A DNA stretch of 64,000 nt from the NCBI GenBank assembly GCA_951406725.2, contig OX597816.1, positions 33,356,001-33,420,000 on the forward strand, written 5' to 3'. Below are positions 51,822-64,000 of this stretch, in pieces. This DNA is from Octopus vulgaris (taxonomy: Eukaryota). The notes beneath the pieces are model-generated. The model saw only the letters and a program-made list of their open reading frames with translations. It was not told where the DNA came from and did not search any database. The position numbers were made by a program, and so were the translations under genes. The stretch's first letter is position 1; the number at the start of each line of letters is the position of its first letter.

Positions 51822-53088
51822 TAGTCATTATTATTTACACCCTAAGACACCCTCCAGATACAGATTTACCGCCATAATGAAATGTAGAACGGAAGGCGAC
51901 AGAATTCAATACTTTTTTATTTGGATTCAAGATATCTTCTGACAAACTATCATTGAATTTCTTATCTATTCTCCATCAATATGTAATCTTCCATAGTCTC
52001 TTTATCCATGTAATCAAGTCACTATATATATCCATGATTCAGCCATCGTTTCTACATCAATTTATGAGCTTGTTCTAGGACCCATATCACCGACGCTTGT
52101 TGCACTTTCAAAATTATGCCACTCTATATTTGTTGTTACTTGTGTAGCTGCTACTTAACTCTAGGTTGAATCTGATACTGAGAAGTTCTAGCATAATGAT
52201 GTCCCAGCCATGGTCATCACATCTATTGTATTAATAGTATTACACTATCCATTTGTGTACATCGATGTTTAAGCTATTAATGTCTTGTAGCAGATTTCCT
52301 TGCTGTTTTCTTGCAGTCACCACGAGAAAAAATACCTCGTTCTGTGGTTACGCCTTTATTCAAAGGTTTATGCATAAGTGTTCCGTAAATCGAAACTGGC
52401 ACCTGGTTTCAAACCACAGTTCGAATAATTGCATTAGCGCTCAGTAGAGGCCAACAGAAACACGAGTACGTGCACGTTAGACTAGCTAAAATTAGCAGCT
52501 AAATTTCTCAGAAAATATATCTTACTGTATATTAAAGTGGGTTTAGGACAATATAAACTTTGGTATACAAAAAGATGTGAAGGTCTAGGTTGGAGCGCCT
52601 TTAATCATGAAGTTGCTCGATCAGGGCTTTTCTAAAGTAAAATAAAATCACAGCACACATAATTTCGAATATCTCATTTACTTATCTTTTGACTGCCATG
52701 AAATATATGGAACTGTTTTATGAAATAGAAGATAACGTGAATGTATAGTAGTTTTTGATAACGAAAAAAAGAAGAGCGAAACAATTTCAAAATTTATAAA
52801 ATGCAGTTTAATGTAGTAAAGATAACTATTTATCGTAGAGATAAAATATTTGACAGTGATTTTCACGTGCCGTCATTCATAGGCCATGTCAGGTATATAT
52901 ACACACACATATGTAGGCAGTAAACATAAACACATGTTATCATGTGTGTATCACATGCGTATAGATATATGTGTCTATGTATATGAGTATGCAACTGCCT
53001 GTGTGAACGTATGTATATGTGTGTCTTAAATATTACAGATTTCACCTCAATGAAATAGAATATAAAAAATTCAAGTTAGAATAATAAT

Positions 53089-53313
53089 CTTTACTTCCCA
53101 CAAGGGGCCATACACAGAGGGGACAAACAAGGACAGACAAATGGATTAAGTCGGTTACATCGACCCCAGTGCGTAACTGGTACTTAATTTATCGACCCCG
53201 AAAGGATAAAAGGCAAAGTCGACCTCGGTGGAATTTGAACTCAGAACGTAAAGGCAGACGAAATACGGCTACGCATTTCGCCCGGCGTGCTAACGTTTCT
53301 GCCAGATCGCCGT
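53089..53313 (-). mobile_element. SINE family B
   Basis: Near-identical to 60504-60731. Confidence 0.9.
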
Positions 53314-54238
53314 CTAATAATTCAACTTAGAATAGCCGAGGAAATATCACACTAAAGCTTATCCAAATCCAACTGTTACATGAAGTTTAACTAAAATATT
53401 TAACGAAAGAATTCTCTGTTAAATCTGTAGCACGGTTTCACTTCCTGCTTAAATAATTTCATTCCATTTGTGAATTTCTATGGCTTACATATAAGTTAAG
53501 AATGTTTTAAGATTGAGAAAAAAAAATGTCTAAAAATTTAAATGAGCAATTTCATGTCGTCTGAAAAAAAAAAAGTGTTTCATTTCTACCTTAATAAGGC
53601 GACAGGAAAACCTTCTAATGCATGCTGCATGCAGAGATGTGACATCATAAGACGTTAGTTCAGCTTTTACATCAAATCCGAATTAAAACACTGAGTATGA
53701 ATGGGGAGTGGAGGGAAAGATATCGTGTATACGTATAATAAAAAAAAATGCATAGAAATGAAGAAAGAAAAAATATATTAAAGTAAAGTTTACTTCTCCT
53801 CATTTGCAATAGCTCAATCTCCAGGAAGACCTTCAGCGTCTATTATTGCAAAATGTGATTTATTTTTAAGTGGAAACATATTTATCATGTGTAGCATAGC
53901 ATGGATCTTCGTTAGATGCTTTTAGTTCTTTCAGTGTATTTTTTTTTCCTTATTGAAGCACTTTTTCAATTTATTGATGAGACAGAGTTCGTGTCACATA
54001 TTGCAATAAATGAGGCTGAGGACGTAAAATATCCACTTCGAAGAGATTGAAATAGTCAAGTCTACTTCCATTTAGTTCTTCATCACTCTCAGCAAGATGC
54101 ACACAAACAAGCAGATAGGCTCACAGACAGTCACATAAATGCACACAGACACGCTCAACAAAGCTCTGACCCAAAACAATTATATTCATAATGTTAACAC
54201 GCTAACACAGTGCATGTATGTGTGTGTATATATATATA

Positions 54239-54360
54239 TATAAACAACTTATAATTAAGGGCAAACGAAAACATTTTCAATGCGAAATATGCCGAAATTA
54301 AACACATTGTCCGTAACCATTATAATTTTTTCGTTTGCCCTTATTTATAAGTTGTTTATA
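54239..54360. repeat. Inverted repeat (33-bp arms)
   Basis: tataaacaacttataattaagggcaaacgaaaa and ttttcgtttgcccttatttataagttgtttata, next to (TA)n. Confidence 0.85.
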
Positions 54361-54441
54361 AGTTTAACCTTTAAAGGTATTTTTTAATATGCTGGTCATT
54401 GATAAAATTTTCTCGAAGAAAAAATTATTATCCGACATTAA

Positions 54442-54488
<47 letters not shown>

Positions 54489-55060
54489 AGAATAGGCCGC
54501 TTATAATTATATATAAAGTACAATGAGTAGGCAATTGCAGCCGATTGACGAAATGAAATACCAATCAACACCGGAGATCAATTAATATATTTATAAAACC
54601 CAAATATTGCATTGACAATTTATACATGTAAAACACATGCATATTTGTCTGTTAATTGAATATGGATATTTATGCATTCACAAAAAAAAATTTCATTATA
54701 TATAAGTGTGTGAGAGTGGCTGTGAAAAATTATGCTTATATATTAGTTATTGGTAGATACATTATTATTAATTAACTCTTCAAATACTCGGTAATCTATC
54801 ACATGAATACCTACCCTTAATCACATATATCACACATACACACTTATATGAGTTTGTGTGTATGCATGCATATATATATATGTTTGTGCGTGTCATTTTG
54901 TAGATCGATGTATATCTTCACGTATACTCGCATATATATACATGCATTATTTCTAACACGAATAACATCTAATTTTCTGCTTTTTTACACCAATATATTC
55001 CCCCATCTAATCTCCAAATTCATCTTTGTCTCTGTATTTTACAAGCATCTATACACGCAT

Positions 55061-55183
<123 letters not shown>

Positions 55184-55189
55184 CCTTAT

Positions 55190-58100
55190 CGACTGACGTG
55201 ATGTCGCATTGGCTCCAAAGCCAATCGCTTTTTACGACCTTTTATTGCACACATTTTGTCTCAATTTTTACACAAACGGTGTGTAAAGCACCCAGCTTTC
55301 GTTTGTGTGGTTTCAATGGAGGAATTGACCCTTAGGGTAAGTTTCAAACCTATTTACATTTCTATTTTCTTCGGTTTCCATGCCATATTTCTAAACAAAT
55401 ATGGCTGAACGAAACCATGAGGCCGACTTCCCACCTCTACCAATGCTAGAGTCGAAGGGAGCTGAAAGCAAAGCCGTTCCGCTTGAACACACACGGGCCT
55501 TAGAAGGCACGAATGCTTCTGCTACTACAACCGTTGCCTCCACTACTGCTACAACTACCACAGCCATCACCACCACAACCAACACGAATACCGATAACAA
55601 TCTTGTAGCTACTTTGAAGCCAAGACAAAAAAAAATCATTTTTCGAAGGAAGCACTATTTGACTGAAAAGAAATTTTTACAAAAAAATGAAGTCACTATT
55701 CAATTACAGACACCTGAAGACATTGCGAAAAATATCTCAAAAAACCAAAAAAAAAAACCAAAACAATCCACTCATTTGCAAAACACTCAACGCGAAAACA
55801 AATGTACATTTTTATGTACTTTGAGGCCGCTCAAGAAAATGTGGGAAAATGTCTAAGGCCCATATGGGCTTTTAAAGACTACATAACGTGGGGAAACAGG
55901 GTCGAGGGAAAAGGGCACGCCAGGATTACAGGGATCGGATAAGCAAATTAGTTAAGAGAGCATTGACGGGTGCCATCATCAACAACAAATGGTGGTATGC
56001 CCCAAAGAAGGCAATTAAAGCAGAATCGGCTAGGTACAGTAAGACCCTAGCAGTAGACCGAAATAGAATACAGGGAGACCTAGCGAAGAAATTAGAAGAG
56101 GCATTTAGAAGTGGCATCGCGGCCAACGTACTGGCAGTGAGATTGGCCCTCGACCAGCACTTCAACGCCAAACACGAAGGATGCATTGCCAGAGCTAGGA
56201 TGCGTGCTCTGAGGGACGAGGGAGTTTGGGCCGCCCGAGATGCCCGAGTGGCGGAGACGCAACGAGGTAACAGAGCCGCCATGAACTGAGGCGTGAATTA
56301 CTCGAGCCTGAAAGCTGAAACTTTGCCCCACTGTTCGGGACAACTGGTGGGTCAGGACGCAGAGCGGATTTTAGTGCCTACCTGCATGACCTGCTACGAC
56401 TCTCAGGAATAGTGTCGGAGTGTTGTGAAAGACCTATCACTGCCGCGGACGTCCGGGATGCGATTTCAGGCTGCGCGAGAGATAAGTCACCAGGCTTGGA
56501 TGGCGTACCCTACGAATTTTATTGTCATATGCCACATTTGTTTGTGGGCGTCTTGGCAGCTGTCTACTGCAACTGGCAGAAAAAGGGGAGTATCATCGTA
56601 TTTGTAAAGCTAGGTGATGTAGCACTGCTAAACAAAGATCCAAACAAGGGGAACGTCATAGATAACTTCAGGACCAACACTCTGCTCAATGCAGATTTGA
56701 AAATTTTGGCCAAGATGTTAGCCGAAAGGTTGGCACTTGTCATCGAGATACTAGTCGACAAGGCGCAAACGTGCGCCGTGCCGGGTAGGAGTATCCATGA
56801 CAACCTGCATCTGATGCGCTACATCATAGACAGGGTAGTCAAGAATCTTGGCATGGGTGGGGCGCTGATCAATTTGGATGAATCAAAATCTTTTGATAGG
56901 GCGTCCTTAAAGCGGCTGGTTTCGGTCCCATATTCTGTGGTTGGATCACTGCTTTATACAGCGGCATCCGCACGGTAGTTCGCGTGAATGGCCATCCAGA
57001 CCATTTAACATCATGCGTTCGGTTCGTCAAGGATGCTCCCTCTCGTCGCTTCTGTATGCATTGTCTCTTGAGCCACTACTGCGGAAGCCGGCGACGCTGA
57101 GGGTCATCCCATGAGAGCTGGGATACGGGAGGAGTTTGTGTGTATACGCGGACGCTGTCACCGTCATAGTGTCAAGCCACAAGCACATCGACCCGGTCGG
57201 CGAGACATTAAAAATAATACGAAGCGTTAACGGGAGCAAAAACTTAACCGGGAAAAATCAGTGGGCGTGCTGTTCGGCACTTGGAGAAGCAAGCCCATGC
57301 CGTCCAACAGCGTCTCCATCGTAGGACACTGGACCGACGGACCGGTAAAATTGCTTGGAGTCTGGTTCGGTCCGGACCTCCAAATGGTGAAGAACTGGAG
57401 CGAAAAAACAACTAAGGTGGCCACTCTTACCCTGCAATGAGCCGAGAGGAAGCTTTCCCTAAATGATCGGGTGGAGGTGGAGAACGCGTACATCGCATCC
57501 GTCATCGACTACTGTCTGTTCGTCGTCCCTTGTCCCGACTCTATCCCCAGCAAACATTCGCTGAGACTGCGACATCTCCGGCGCATCATAGACGACGGCA
57601 AACAGGTGTGGTCATCGTTTGTGCGGCGCGCTTTCCCGCAGCTCGTCTCCTTGGTCGAACTGCAGTCGTGTATCAAACAGAGACAGAGGCTAGGCGAATG
57701 GCACCGCGAGTGCCGCCTTGCTCACAAGCAACTCTGCCGTCCGGGACAAAACTTGTGCGACTTCATTACAACAAATGCGTTCTAGAGAGTATTAGTGGAG
57801 GGGAGGTGCGACGACAATCTCGGGCAGAGTCTGGGCATCGACGAGGAACACCTGACCCGCTTGTTCAGGACAAATTTCGGGCCGGGACCTATGAACAATC
57901 AACAAAGACACCCTAGCTTGGCAGTGCTATCGAGATGCATTACCTGTTCAGGATAATTTCTACAGGCACGGTTCAAGACACACCGGACCGACTTGCCCGA
58001 GATGCGGTCAGAGCTACGAATCCGTTCTGGACGCACTCGTGCAGTGCCCAACCATTTCGGACCTGTGGGATTATGCCGAACGGCTCCTGTCGGCAGAATC

Positions 58101-58386
58101 TATCGTGACAAATGCTCCGCCACCTTCTCTCAACTGGGAAGGCAAGGCAGTCTTCATCGTACTGGTGGCCATGGTGAAAGAATGTGTGTGGTAGACTCGA
58201 GCGAAAGGATTAGAGACAAACATTTACCTCTCTGGTCAATCGCTCATCAACTTCTTCATGTACCACTTGAAAAGGAAGGTGGGGATGGAGGCTTTGTCTC
58301 CTGAAAGTTTCAAAGAGAAATGGTGGATGAATGTAGCAAAGATTGTTTTTGTGAGTGACCAAACCTGTTTGAGCATGATCCTGTAA

Positions 58387-58443
<57 letters not shown>

Positions 58444-58700
58444 ACTTTGCTCTCGTGTATTTATTCCCTCCGTAGGCTTTTCTTTCCACGGATAAAACTA
58501 ATATTGCTTTTTACATTTAAAAAATTTTTCTGTGATACACGATCCCTTTCGATCGCTTATTGTTTCCCCGATCACTTTTGATCGGAATTTTACTTTCTTT
58601 TTCTCATTTTTACTCTTTTTCTTTTTCATTTTCAAAATGAAATGCTCTACATTTGTATGTGTCCCCTCTATGTTCAGCCCTGTCTAACCAATGAAGAAAG

Positions 58701-58701
<1 letters not shown>
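55190..58701 (+). mobile_element. Tx1/L1-clade non-LTR retrotransposon, internally deleted and frameshifted
   Basis: ORF1 start at 55401 (MAERNHEADFPPLP...). ORF2 remnants include KSPGLDGVPYEFY, NFRTNTLLNADLKILAK, QTCAVPGRSIHDNL, LDESKSFDR, SVRQGCSLS, YADAV and a C-terminal CPRC..ES..DAL..CP knuckle. Endonuclease region is absent. Flanked by (TATC)n. Confidence 0.9.
56412..57330 (+). pseudogene. Reverse transcriptase domain of Tx1/L1 LINE (disrupted)
   Basis: RT motifs are split over frames, and the catalytic YADD is mutated to YADA. Confidence 0.88.
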
Positions 58702-58768
<67 letters not shown>

Positions 58769-58841
58769 ATATATACCTATCTATCTAACTATTTATTTAT
58801 CTATCTATCTATCTAACTATGTATCTATCTGTCTCGCTATG

Positions 58842-58872
<31 letters not shown>

Positions 58873-58873
58873 A

Positions 58874-58934
<61 letters not shown>

Positions 58935-59689
58935 GTTTATCTATCCATTCAGGTAGCTTACTCTTTACCAATCTATACATTCATTCATCAATAGTTTCTC
59001 CTTCATTAACACCTCAGTCTACAAGAACGAAATTGGTAGCAATATCCTTTATACTAATGTAGATGGAAAGATCATTATTCTCGAATTTGATGCTGGAATC
59101 ATTGTAGCTTGCAGTATATAGAATATCCATTTACTATAATAACGTAGCATCGCCCTTACCCTCTTTTTCTTCTAATGGCAAGCTAGAGTTGAGAAAAATA
59201 TCAAGATTTTCAAATACATTTTTTATTACATATTTGAAAGTGCATTTAAAATATTTTAAAGAATTAGTGTCTGAGATTTCTGTTAAAGTACGTAAAGTTG
59301 ATGTCAGAGTTTTGGAGGTGATGGCGATTGTGATGATGGGTTGATATATAGAGTGTCTGCTGTTTCTATTGTCGTAATATTAACGGATAGACGTGAGTGT
59401 CGGATTTGGTGTTGCTGAGAAGATAGTTGTTGCAATTAACAATAATGTGAATTTGTTTGTAAGATATTTTTGCTTATAATACAAATGATTGCGTATGTAG
59501 GTTGTCTCTTTATGAATGTGCGTGTAAATAGCTTTATATAACCACTAACATGTGAGTTTTATTACTGAATGTTTCTGTGTGTTTGTGTGCGTGTGTCTCA
59601 TGTTGTCAAGGATCTTGCAATCAGGAGACGGTATTTGATATCATATGTCTAATGTTATATTATATTTTATGTCTATTGTTGTCGCTAGA

Positions 59690-60190
59690 GTAACGGTGAG
59701 TATGATGATATTTCAGTGATGTTATTCATGGTGTTGATAATGATGATGACGGTGGTGATATGACTGAGATGACATGTCGATGACGATATCAGTGATGTTA
59801 ATTCTTGTGGTGATGACGATGATGTTTGAAGGTGATAATTGTGATTCTGTGATGTTGATACGTTGATGCTGAATCTGACATCGTGCTGACGCTGTTATAT
59901 TTGTGGAGATTGTAGCAATGATGATATTGTGATGTTCCTATGGTGATGCTGTCGTTACTTACATCTTGCTAATGGTGATGATGATTGTGAGGATGATGAC
60001 ATGTCGATGGTGATAATGACGTGGATTTTGACTGTAATGGAGGCGAAGTAACTTTGGATGGTGAGGAAGCGAAGATGACGGTCGGAGGTTGATATGGTGA
60101 TGTTGTACAATAGTCATGTTGTTGATAATGATTTTGATGCTGACGCTTTTGATGATGGTGTTTGAGGTGTTGGTGATAAAAGAGATTTCA
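59690..60190. repeat. Decayed (GAT/GGT)n low-complexity region
   Basis: Direct reading. A similar region lies at 800-1140. Confidence 0.75.
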
Positions 60191-60400
60191 GTGTTAGTAA
60201 TGCCCAACACAAATGATTACTGTACTTGAAAATATCAGATTAGCATTAGACATATAATATAAAATACAATTTCCTGGAGGCAATATCCTTGACAACACGA
60301 GACACACGCACACAAGCACACAAAAACACTCACTCAGTAAGAAAACTCACATGTGAGTGCTTATATAAATGTATTTACACGTACAATCATAAAGAGAGAA

Positions 60401-60970
60401 CATGCTGTCATGAATGACCATGGGATTTCACCTAGAAAGTTTCCCTCCAAGGTACAAGTCCGGGAAAAGTTGTTTATGGAAGACCAGCAGTCGTCCATGC
60501 ATACCTATTTCTTTACTACCCACAAGGGGCTAAACACAGAGAGGACAAACAAGGACAGACAAACGGATTAAGTCGATTATATCGACCCCAGTGCGTAACT
60601 GGTACTTATTTAATCGACCCCGAAAGGATGAAAGGCAAAGTCGACCTCGGCGGAATTTGAACTCAGAACGTAACGGCAGGCGAAATACGGCTACGCATTT
60701 CGCCCGGCGTCCTAACGTTTCTGCCAGCTCGTCCATGCATATCGGTCTCCCCTCTCCACGCCACCAGTGTTATCCAAGGGGAAAGGCAAGGGGGCCGATA
60801 CAGCTTGGCACCTGTGTGCCGCAATTCATTTCTACAGCTGAGTGAACTGGAGCAACGTGAAATAAAGTGTCCTGCTCAAGAGCACAACACACAGCCCGGT
60901 CCGAGATTCGAACTCACAACCTCGCGATCGCCAGCTCGACACTCTAAATCACTGAGTCATGCACCTTCAC
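60401..60970 (-). mobile_element. SINE family C with nested SINE family B (60504-60731)
   Basis: The family C body is interrupted; a 13-bp duplication tcgtccatgcata sits at 60491-60503 and 60729-60741. Confidence 0.88.
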
Positions 60971-61133
60971 ATGAAGACAACATACATACGCAAAAACGCA
61001 TGTCTTTTGAACTTAGATATTCATCATCAACATCATCATCAATCATCAGTTATCATGATAATATTACGAAAAGTCAAACCTACTTCCAGAATGCATATGT
61101 ATGAGTGTGTATTGATTAACACACACACACACC

Positions 61134-61519
61134 GGCGTGGCTGGGTGGTAAGATGCTTGTTTCCCATTGATGTGATTCCAAATTCAGTCCAAATGCGTGG
61201 AGCCTTGGGCAAATGTCTTCTACTATACCCTCCGGCCAACTAAATCCTTGTAAGTGGATTTGGTTGACGGAAACTGAGAGAAGACCGTCACATATATATA
61301 TATATAGAAAATAGTAAAAAGTGAAAAAACTACAGAAGGCTTGTTTTAAAAGGTTAAAATATATATATTTGAGTCAATATGTCTGAAGAATGTTATAAAT
61401 TTTTTCATACAATGACACGTATGAAAAAAATTTATAACATTCTTCAGACATATTGACTCAAATATATATTTTTTAACCTTTTAAACAAGCCTTCTGTAGT
61501 TTTTTCACTTTTTACTATT

Positions 61520-61576
<57 letters not shown>

Positions 61577-61675
61577 TAATGGTAGAAATTGATATTAATC
61601 AATTAAAACCAGTGGTCTAGAATATTTTTAAAAAGTCCGAAGATTAAATTTTTTTTTAGGTCAGTCCACTAAATA

Positions 61676-61724
<49 letters not shown>

Positions 61725-61945
61725 TAAATGCCTGTGTGTGCGTGTGTTTGCGTGTGTACGTGTGTGTATGTGTGTGTTTAACTCCCATCATAGCTTGATG
61801 ACCGGCGTTGGTGTATTCAGGTCTTCGTAACCTAGTGGTTAAGGAAGACCGATAGAAAAAGCAGGATTCAAAGAACAAATCTAAGTTTGATTAAAAATCT
61901 TCAAGAAGTTACCACGCCATGGCTACAGTCTAATGACTGATACAC
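61134..61945 (+). mobile_element. Older SINE family A copy split by an insert in its (TA)n
   Basis: Head at 61134-61290, tail at ~61730-61945. Confidence 0.75.
61307..61522. repeat. Near-perfect hairpin (104-bp arms, 8-nt loop)
   Basis: 61307-61410 vs 61419-61522 with loop aatgacac; (TA)n extends the stem on both sides. Confidence 0.92.
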
Positions 61946-61961
61946 GATATATACTATGTAT

Positions 61962-62382
61962 TTCTTTTATTTTGTCAGTCATTTGACTGCGGCCTTCCTG
62001 GAGCACCACATTCATTCGATCAAATCGACCCCAGGGCTTATTCTTTGTAAACCTGGTACTTACTCTACCGGTCTCTTATGCCGAACCGCTAAGTAACGGG
62101 GAAGCAAACACACAAACATCGATTGTCAAGCGATGGTGGTGGAGGAATCAAATGCACACACACAAACACAAAAAACACAAAAAACACAAATACACACACA
62201 CAAAAACAAACACACATATAAATACGACAGGCTTCTTTCAGTTATTGTCTACCGAATCTACTCACAAGGATTTTGTCGGCCCGAGGCTACAGTAGAAGAC
62301 ACTTGTCCAAGGTGCCACCCAGTGGGACGGAACCTGGGACCATGTGGTTGGTTAGCAAACTACTTACAACATAGCCACTCCT
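61962..62382 (-). mobile_element. SINE family A
   Basis: Reverse-complement copy, tail-to-tail with the preceding one. Confidence 0.85.
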
Positions 62383-62813
62383 AATAACTCCACTGCTCTA
62401 TAAATTAGTGTGCTTCTGTTTCGGATTTACGATTTACTGACGATATATATTATGTACATAAATTATTCTTGAAGGAGAATTTTGATGACAGTTTCAGCCA
62501 TTTAAGACATCGTCGGACATGATGCGCATTTGAGCGCATGCTCTCAAACACCATGTTGTTTTAAAATGTCAATATTTTACGGCATAATATAGAAACTTTT
62601 GAAGCTTTCCATATGCCTTAAGTGTTACACCTTCATGTATTTACACGCATGACAATTTATGCATGGCCATCACAACAAGTCCTATCACCTGATACTGTTC
62701 GATTATAAATATTGCCATTCATACTGTTACCATTCGAAGTACGATTAATACGATGTAGATATTTCATGTCTTTATACTCAACACCACATTGTGCAACTAT
62801 ACCTGTTGGTCTG

Positions 62814-62907
<94 letters not shown>

Positions 62908-62916
62908 CATCCATCC

Positions 62917-62950
<34 letters not shown>

Positions 62951-63000
62951 ATATCTATCTATCTATCTATCTACCTATCTATCTACCTATCTACCTATCT
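62814..63000. repeat. (TATC)n microsatellite
   Basis: Direct reading. Confidence 0.95.
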
Positions 63001-63039
63001 CTCTCTATATATATATATATGATTGATTCTAGTTTCAGC

Positions 63040-63064
63040 TCATGAGCTGTGGCCATGCTGGGGC

Positions 63065-63112
<48 letters not shown>

Positions 63113-63122
63113 GAACACATAT

Positions 63123-63198
<76 letters not shown>

Positions 63199-63345
63199 GA
63201 CAGGCTTCTTTCGGCTTCTGTCTTCCAAATTCCCTCACTAGGCTTTGGTCGCCCGAATCTATAGGAAAAGTCACTTGCCCAAGGTACCAAGCATTGAAAG
63301 TAGGCATCGAACCATCTGGTTGGGAACCAGAAACGCAACGCTAAC
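63040..63345 (-). mobile_element. Diverged partial SINE family A
   Basis: cgacaggcttctttcggcttctgtcttccaaattccctcactaggctttggtcgcccg..cacttgcccaaggtacca. Confidence 0.7.
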
Positions 63346-63548
63346 GCTCTTATTCAATTGTAGTCCGTCATTCGATCATTTATAAATTGAGTTAAATCAA
63401 TAAATATATGCAGACCACGTGTAAGCATATATTTATGGAGCAATTGTGCATTTTTGTCATTAAGTGTCCGTGATTATATATAAATGTCTACGTAGACATG
63501 TACTCATAATTATGCGTGTGTGTGTATCTACATGTTTATATATGCCTT

Positions 63549-63596
<48 letters not shown>

Positions 63597-63795
63597 CTTG
63601 TATATATATATATGATTTTTCTGAAATTGATGTACCATACACCAATTATAATTTTTCTGCAGTTTCTGAAAATCCATCTATCGATTTTGCCTTGCTTGCA
63701 TTAAATCATAATGGTTATATTTTTTTATTGATGAGGATGCAGTTATTTGCTTATGATGATAACGGCCATGAAGAGGTGATGTCAATAATGACATC

Positions 63796-63837
<42 letters not shown>

Positions 63838-64000
63838 AATAATAATAATAATAACACTAATAGTAATAACATCGATGATGATGATGATGATGATGATGAT
63901 GGTGATGATTATTTGCTCATTAACTCCAAGGACTCGAACAGATAGAGCAAAAATAAAATGAACCATTAAACAAGTGGCTTACAAAATCGTGTTGAATTAC

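Noticed and set aside
52682-52712. Micro-exon candidate (PYISWQSKD)
   Set aside because: Weak splice signals, and no phase gives a coherent MMP sequence with the other candidates.
55401-55856. Host gene with Thr-rich region
   Set aside because: Sits at the 5' end of the Tx1 element; best explained as a frameshifted ORF1 remnant.

Overview
AT-rich, microsatellite-saturated eukaryotic DNA. The SINE and repeat landscape suggests an octopus-type cephalopod (inference). The only host gene I can support is a matrix metalloproteinase (M10A/matrixin family) on the minus strand. Four exons splice in phase: 10559-10355, 4206-4048, 3746-3603 and 618-482. They encode the catalytic domain ([11 protein letters not shown], Met-turn), the hinge and the start of the hemopexin domain. 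The 3' exons lie left of the window, and no confident 5' exons were found in the ~53 kb upstream, only candidate micro-exons. The rest is transposon-derived: more than 20 tRNA-derived SINE copies from about four families; fossil hAT (Buster/Charlie-type), Tigger/pogo, Tc1 and mariner DNA transposons; an RTE-type LINE fragment; a Tx1/L1-type LINE sitting in a (TATC)n tract; and many Penelope-like (PLE) pieces. The most notable signal is a recurring set of hammerhead-ribozyme (HHR) motifs and long fold-back inverted repeats placed in or beside (TA)n tracts. This includes a GIY-YIG element bracketed by a 176-bp inverted repeat carrying two HHRs, a tRNA-headed SINE-like element ending in an HHR with a 5' palindrome, and a duplicated motif that reads as a type II HHR. 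All calls were made by eye; no searches or folding programs were run.
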